A DNA stretch of 64,000 nt from Eledone cirrhosa (lineage: Eukaryota): assembly GCA_964016885.1 (NCBI GenBank), contig OZ024753.1:7378001-7442000 (forward strand), written 5' to 3'. Below are positions 58,932-64,000 of this stretch, one piece after another (within the stretch, counting starts at the first letter, position 1; each line of letters opens with the position of its first letter). A program made the position numbers and the translations under genes. The notes under the pieces are model-generated. The model was not told the DNA's origin. It was given only the letters and a program-made list of their open reading frames with translations, and did not search any database.

Positions 58932-61900
58932 TGAGGTGTATCAAGGTGGAGGTTTAGAGGGGGCCGTTGAGGTGTATCAAGGTGGAGGTTTAGAGGGGGC
59001 CGTTGAGGTGTATCAAGGTGGAGGTTTAGAGGGGGCAGTTGAGGGGTATCAAGGTGGAGGTTTAGAGGGGGCAGTTGAGGGGTATCAAGGTGGAGGTTTA
59101 GAGGGGGCCGTTGAGGTGTATCAAGGTGGAGGTTTAGAGGGGGCCGTTGAGGTGTATCAAGGTGGAGGTTTAGAGGGGGCAGTTGAGGGGTATCAAGGTG
59201 GAGGTTTAGAGGGGGCCGTTGAGGGGTATCAAGGTGGAGGTTTAGAGGGGGCAGTTGAGGGGTATCGAGGTGGAGGTTTAGAGGGGGCAGTTGAGGGGTA
59301 TCAAGGTGGAGGTTTAGAGGGGGCCGTTGAGGTGTATCAAGGTGGAGGTTTAGAGGGGGCAGTTGAGGGGTATCAAGGTGGAGGTTTAGAGGGGGCAGTT
59401 GAGGGGTATCAAGGTGGAGGTTTAGAGGGGGCAGTTGAGGGGTATCAAGGTGGAGGTTTAGAGGGGGCAGTTGAGGGGTATCAAGGTGGAGGTTTAGAGG
59501 GGGCCGTTGAGGGGTATCAAGGTGGAGGTTTAGAGGGGGCAGTTGAGGGGTATCGAGGTGGAGGTTTAGAGGGGGCAGTTGAGGGGTATCGAGGTGGAGG
59601 TTTAGAGGGGGCAGTTGAGGGGTATCAAGGTGGAGGTTTAGAGGGGGCCGTTGAGGGGTATCAAGGTGGAGGTTTAGAGGGGTCAGTTGAGGGGTATCAA
59701 GGTGGAGGTTTAGAGGGGGCAGTTGAGGGGTATCGAGGTGGAGGTTTAGAGGGGGCAGTTGAGGGGTATCAAGGTGGAGGTTTAGAGGGGGCCGTTGATG
59801 TGTATCAAGGTGGAGGTTTAGAGGGGTATCAAGGGGGAGGTTTAGCGGGGGCCGTTGAGGGGTATCAAGGTGGAGGTTTAGAGGGGGCAGTTGAGGGGTA
59901 TCAAGGTGGAGGTTTAGAGGGGGCCGTTGATGTGTATCAAGGTGGAGGTTTAGAGGGATATCAAGGGGGAGGTTTAGCGGGGGCCGTTGAGGGGTATCAA
60001 GGTGGAGGTTTAGAGGGGGCAGTTGAGGTGTATCAAGGTGGAGGTTTAGAGGGGGCAGTTAAGGGGTATCAAGGTGGAGGTTTAGAGGGGGCCGTTGAGG
60101 TGTATCAAGGTGGAGGTTTAGAGGGGGCAGTTAAGGGGTATCAAGGTGGAGGTTTAGAGGGGGCAGTTGAGGTGTATCAAGGTGGAGGTTTAGAGGGGGC
60201 AGTTGAGGTGTATCAAGGTGGAGGTTTAGAGGGGGCAGTTAAGGGGTATCAAGGTGGAGGTTTAGAGGGGGCAGTTGAGGGGTATCAAGGTGGAGGTTTA
60301 GAGGGGGCAGTTGAGGTGTATCAAGGTGGAGGTTTAGAGGGGGCAGTTGAGGTGTATCAAGGTGGAGGTTTAGAGGGGGCAGTTGAGGTGTATCAAGGTG
60401 GAGGTTTAGAGGGGGCAGTTGAGGTGTATCAAGGTGGAGGTTTAGAGGGGGCAGTTGAGGTGTATCAAGGTGGAGGTTTAGAGGGGGCAGTTGAGGTGTA
60501 TCAAGGTGGAGGTTTAGAGGGGGCAGTTGAGGTGTATCAAGGTGGAGGTTTAGAGGGGGCAGTTGAGGTGTATCAAGGTGGAGGTTTAGAGGGGGCAGTT
60601 GAGGTGTATCAAGGTGGAGGTTTAGAGGGGGCAGTTGAGGGGTATCAAGGTGGAGGTTTAGAGGGGGCAGTTGAGGTGTATCAAGGTGGAGGTTTAGAGG
60701 GGGCAGTTAAGGGGTATCAAGGTGGAGGTTTAGAGGGGGCCGTTGAGGGGTATCAAGGTGGAGGTTTAGAGGGGGCAGTTAAGGGGTATCAAGGTGGAGG
60801 TTTAGAGGGGGCAGTTGAGGTGTATCAAGGTGGAGGTTTAGAGGGGGCAGTTGAGGTGTATCAAGGTGGAGGTTTAGAGGGGGCAGTTAAGGGGTATCAA
60901 GGTGGAGGTTTAGAGGGGGCCGTTGAGGTGTATCAAGGTGGAGGTTTAGAGGGGGCAGTTGAGGGGTATCAAGGTGGAGGTTTAGAGGGGGCAGTTAAGG
61001 GGTATCAAGGTGGAGGTTTAGAGGGGGCAGTTGAGGTGTATCAAGGTGGAGGTTTAGAGGGGGCAGTTAAGGGGTATCAAGGTGGAGGTTTAGAGGGGGC
61101 CGTTGAGGTGTATCAAGGTGGAGGTTTAGAGGGGGCAGTTGAGGGGTATCAAGGTGGAGGTTTAGAGGGGTATCAAGGTGGAGGTTTAGAGGGGGCCGTT
61201 GAGGTGTATCAAGGTGGAGGTTTAGAGGGGGCCGTTGAGGTGTATCAAGGTGGAGGTTTAGAGGGGGCCGTTGAGGTGTATCAAGGTGGAGGTTTAGAGG
61301 GGGCCGTTGAGGGGTATCAAGGTGGAGGTTTAGAGGGGGCCGTTGAGGTGTATCAAGGTGGAGGTTTAGAGGGGGCCGTTGAGGGGTATCAAGGTGGAGG
61401 TTTAGAGGGGGCCGTTGAGGTGTATCAAGGTGGAGGTTTAGAGGGGGCAGTTGAGGGGTATCAAGGTGGAGGTTTAGAGGGGGCCGTTGAGGTGTATCAA
61501 GGTGGAGGTTTAGAGGGGGCAGTTGAGGTGTATCAAGGTGGAGGTTTAGAGGGGGCAGTTGAGGGGTATCAAGGTGGAGGTTTAGAGGAGGCAGTTGAGG
61601 GGTATCAAGGTGGAGGTTTAGAGGGGGCAGTTGAGGGGTATCAAGGTGGAGGTTTAGAGGGGGCAGTTGAGGGGTATCAAGGTGGAGGTTTAGAGGGGGC
61701 AGTTGAGGGGTATCAAGGTGGAGGTTTAGAGGGGGCAGTTGAGGGGTATCAAGGTGGAGGTTTAGAGGAGGCAGTTGAGGGGTATCAAGGTGGAGGTTTA
61801 GAGGGGGCAGTTGAGGGGTATCAAGGTGGAGGTTTAGAGGGGGCAGTTGAGGGGTATCAAGGTGGAGGTTTAGAGGGGGCAGTTGAGGGGTATCAAGGTG

Positions 61901-62168
61901 GAGGTTTAGAGGGGGAAGTTGAGGGGTATCGAGGTGGAGGTTTAGAGGGGGCAGTTGAGGGGGTATCAAGGTGGAGGTTTAGAGGGGCCAGTTAAGGGGT
62001 ATCAAGGTGGAGGTTTAGAGGGGCCAGTTGAGGGGTATCAAGGTGGAGGTTTAGAGGGGGCAGTTGAGGGGTATCAAGGTGGAGGTTTAGAGGGGCCAGT
62101 TAAGGGGTATCAAGGTGGAGGTTTAGAGGGGCCAGTTGAGGGGGTATCAAGGTGGCGGTTTAGAGGAG
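58931..62168. repeat. 36-bp G-rich minisatellite, about 90 copies
   Basis: Unit gag(g/t)gtatcaaggtggaggtttagagggggc(a/c)gtt-type; occasional 24-bp units. Confidence 0.98.
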
Positions 62169-62331
62169 GAAAGTAAGCAATTTCGATATGGTTGGGATGT
62201 ATGGGATATTTAACTGTTGAGGTCGGGATATTAAGACTAGGGTGAGTAAACTGGGAGATGAAGAGAAGATTTGGTTTGACTAGTGTGTCCGCTACAAGTT
62301 TCTTTCATTTTATGTGTGGACATGAGAACTT

Positions 62332-62452
62332 AGGCCTCCTGCATTACAACATGATACCAGTGATCTCGACCCTGTGTCATCTCCTCTGATAGTTATAATT
62401 TGGCATGGACAGCCTTTATCAGTCCACCAAGGTCTTTCTCTTCCACAGATTT
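62332..62452 (-). mobile_element. Degenerate RTE 3' remnant
   Basis: CGRERPWWT...[18 protein letters not shown] across a frameshift. Confidence 0.5.
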
Positions 62453-62476
62453 CATATATGTATATATATGTATATT

Positions 62477-62530
<54 letters not shown>

Positions 62531-62546
62531 CGCACATACACAGACA

Positions 62547-62595
<49 letters not shown>

Positions 62596-62604
62596 ATATA
62601 CATA

Positions 62605-62638
<34 letters not shown>

Positions 62639-62885
62639 CACAACGTTAATTACATTGTTTGGTTCATACTAAATCATATGAATAAATGAATGAAAATCAG
62701 TGAAAAACAAAAGAAAGTTGTTGCTTGGCCGCCTTGGAGATTGATGAATTCTCTACTGATGTCAAAGAAAATATTTCGGCAACTAAAACAGCAGTTAAAC
62801 CATTTTCTAATAGAAACCCATCGACCAATTATCGAATTCAGTCGAAAATAAATGGCTAAAATCTAATAATAATAATAATAATAAT

Positions 62886-62977
<92 letters not shown>

Positions 62978-63015
62978 ACACACACACAGATATATATATA
63001 CTTATATATCTATAC

Positions 63016-63134
<119 letters not shown>

Positions 63135-63194
63135 TATATATATGGATATATACACACGCACACACACACACATAAAGATATATATGGATATATT

Positions 63195-63226
<32 letters not shown>

Positions 63227-63617
63227 CACATATATATATATGGATATATATACACACACTCATATAAGGAGATACACACACACACATATATATGTATATG
63301 TGTGTCTGTGTGTATATATAACAAGAACATAAATATATAAATTACGTTTATATTTTTCAACTCTTTACGGATTATCGTAGATTAGCTCTTTATATAGTCC
63401 GATATCTCCCACTCATTCCACCTCCTCTATTTCACACTTCTACCATTAATGTTATTCTATTTTACTTGTTTCCTTGTTATTATGTTGGCTATTGTTTCAT
63501 GTCTTCTGGTTTGTGTAAGAGGATTGTTTTGATAAAGAGATTAGCAGCTTCTCTCAGAAGTTCTACAACCAAAGACAGCACTGTTGCTATCCAACACAAG
63601 TTTATCCACACACACAC

Positions 63618-63713
<96 letters not shown>

Positions 63714-63715
63714 AA

Positions 63716-63758
<43 letters not shown>

Positions 63759-63876
63759 TAAATACATATATATATATATAAATATAAATACACATATATA
63801 TATATAAATATAAACATATAAATATATACATACACTCACATATATATATGTGTGTTTCTCTCTCTCTCTCTATATA

Positions 63877-63959
<83 letters not shown>

Positions 63960-64000
63960 TATATATATATATATATATACACACACATATATATACATAC

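Noticed and set aside
58810-61995. 1061-aa ORF as a genuine gene
   Set aside because: Pure 36-bp repeat, TTG start in antisense element sequence, frameshift near the end; kept only as a repeat finding

Overview
AT-rich, microsatellite-saturated animal DNA, most likely octopus/cephalopod (inferred from the SINE families and (TA)n/(CA)n density). It looks intronic or intergenic: I found no credible host exon, and almost all listed ORFs are simple-repeat artefacts. It is a mosaic of tRNA-derived SINEs, LINE remnants (Tx1/L1, RTE, R4/Dong-like), a non-autonomous Helitron, MITEs and many tandem arrays. The standout is about 9 unrelated families of short non-coding elements (my labels F1-F9) inserted in (TA)n tracts. 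They often fold back into palindromes, carry about 14 minimal type I hammerhead ribozyme motifs with intact cores, and several share a TYGAGTRC motif near the 3' end. This resembles Penelope-like pseudo-LTRs or non-LTR retrozymes, with signs that the inverted arm is rebuilt at each insertion. All coordinates and folds were read by eye, so element edges are approximate.
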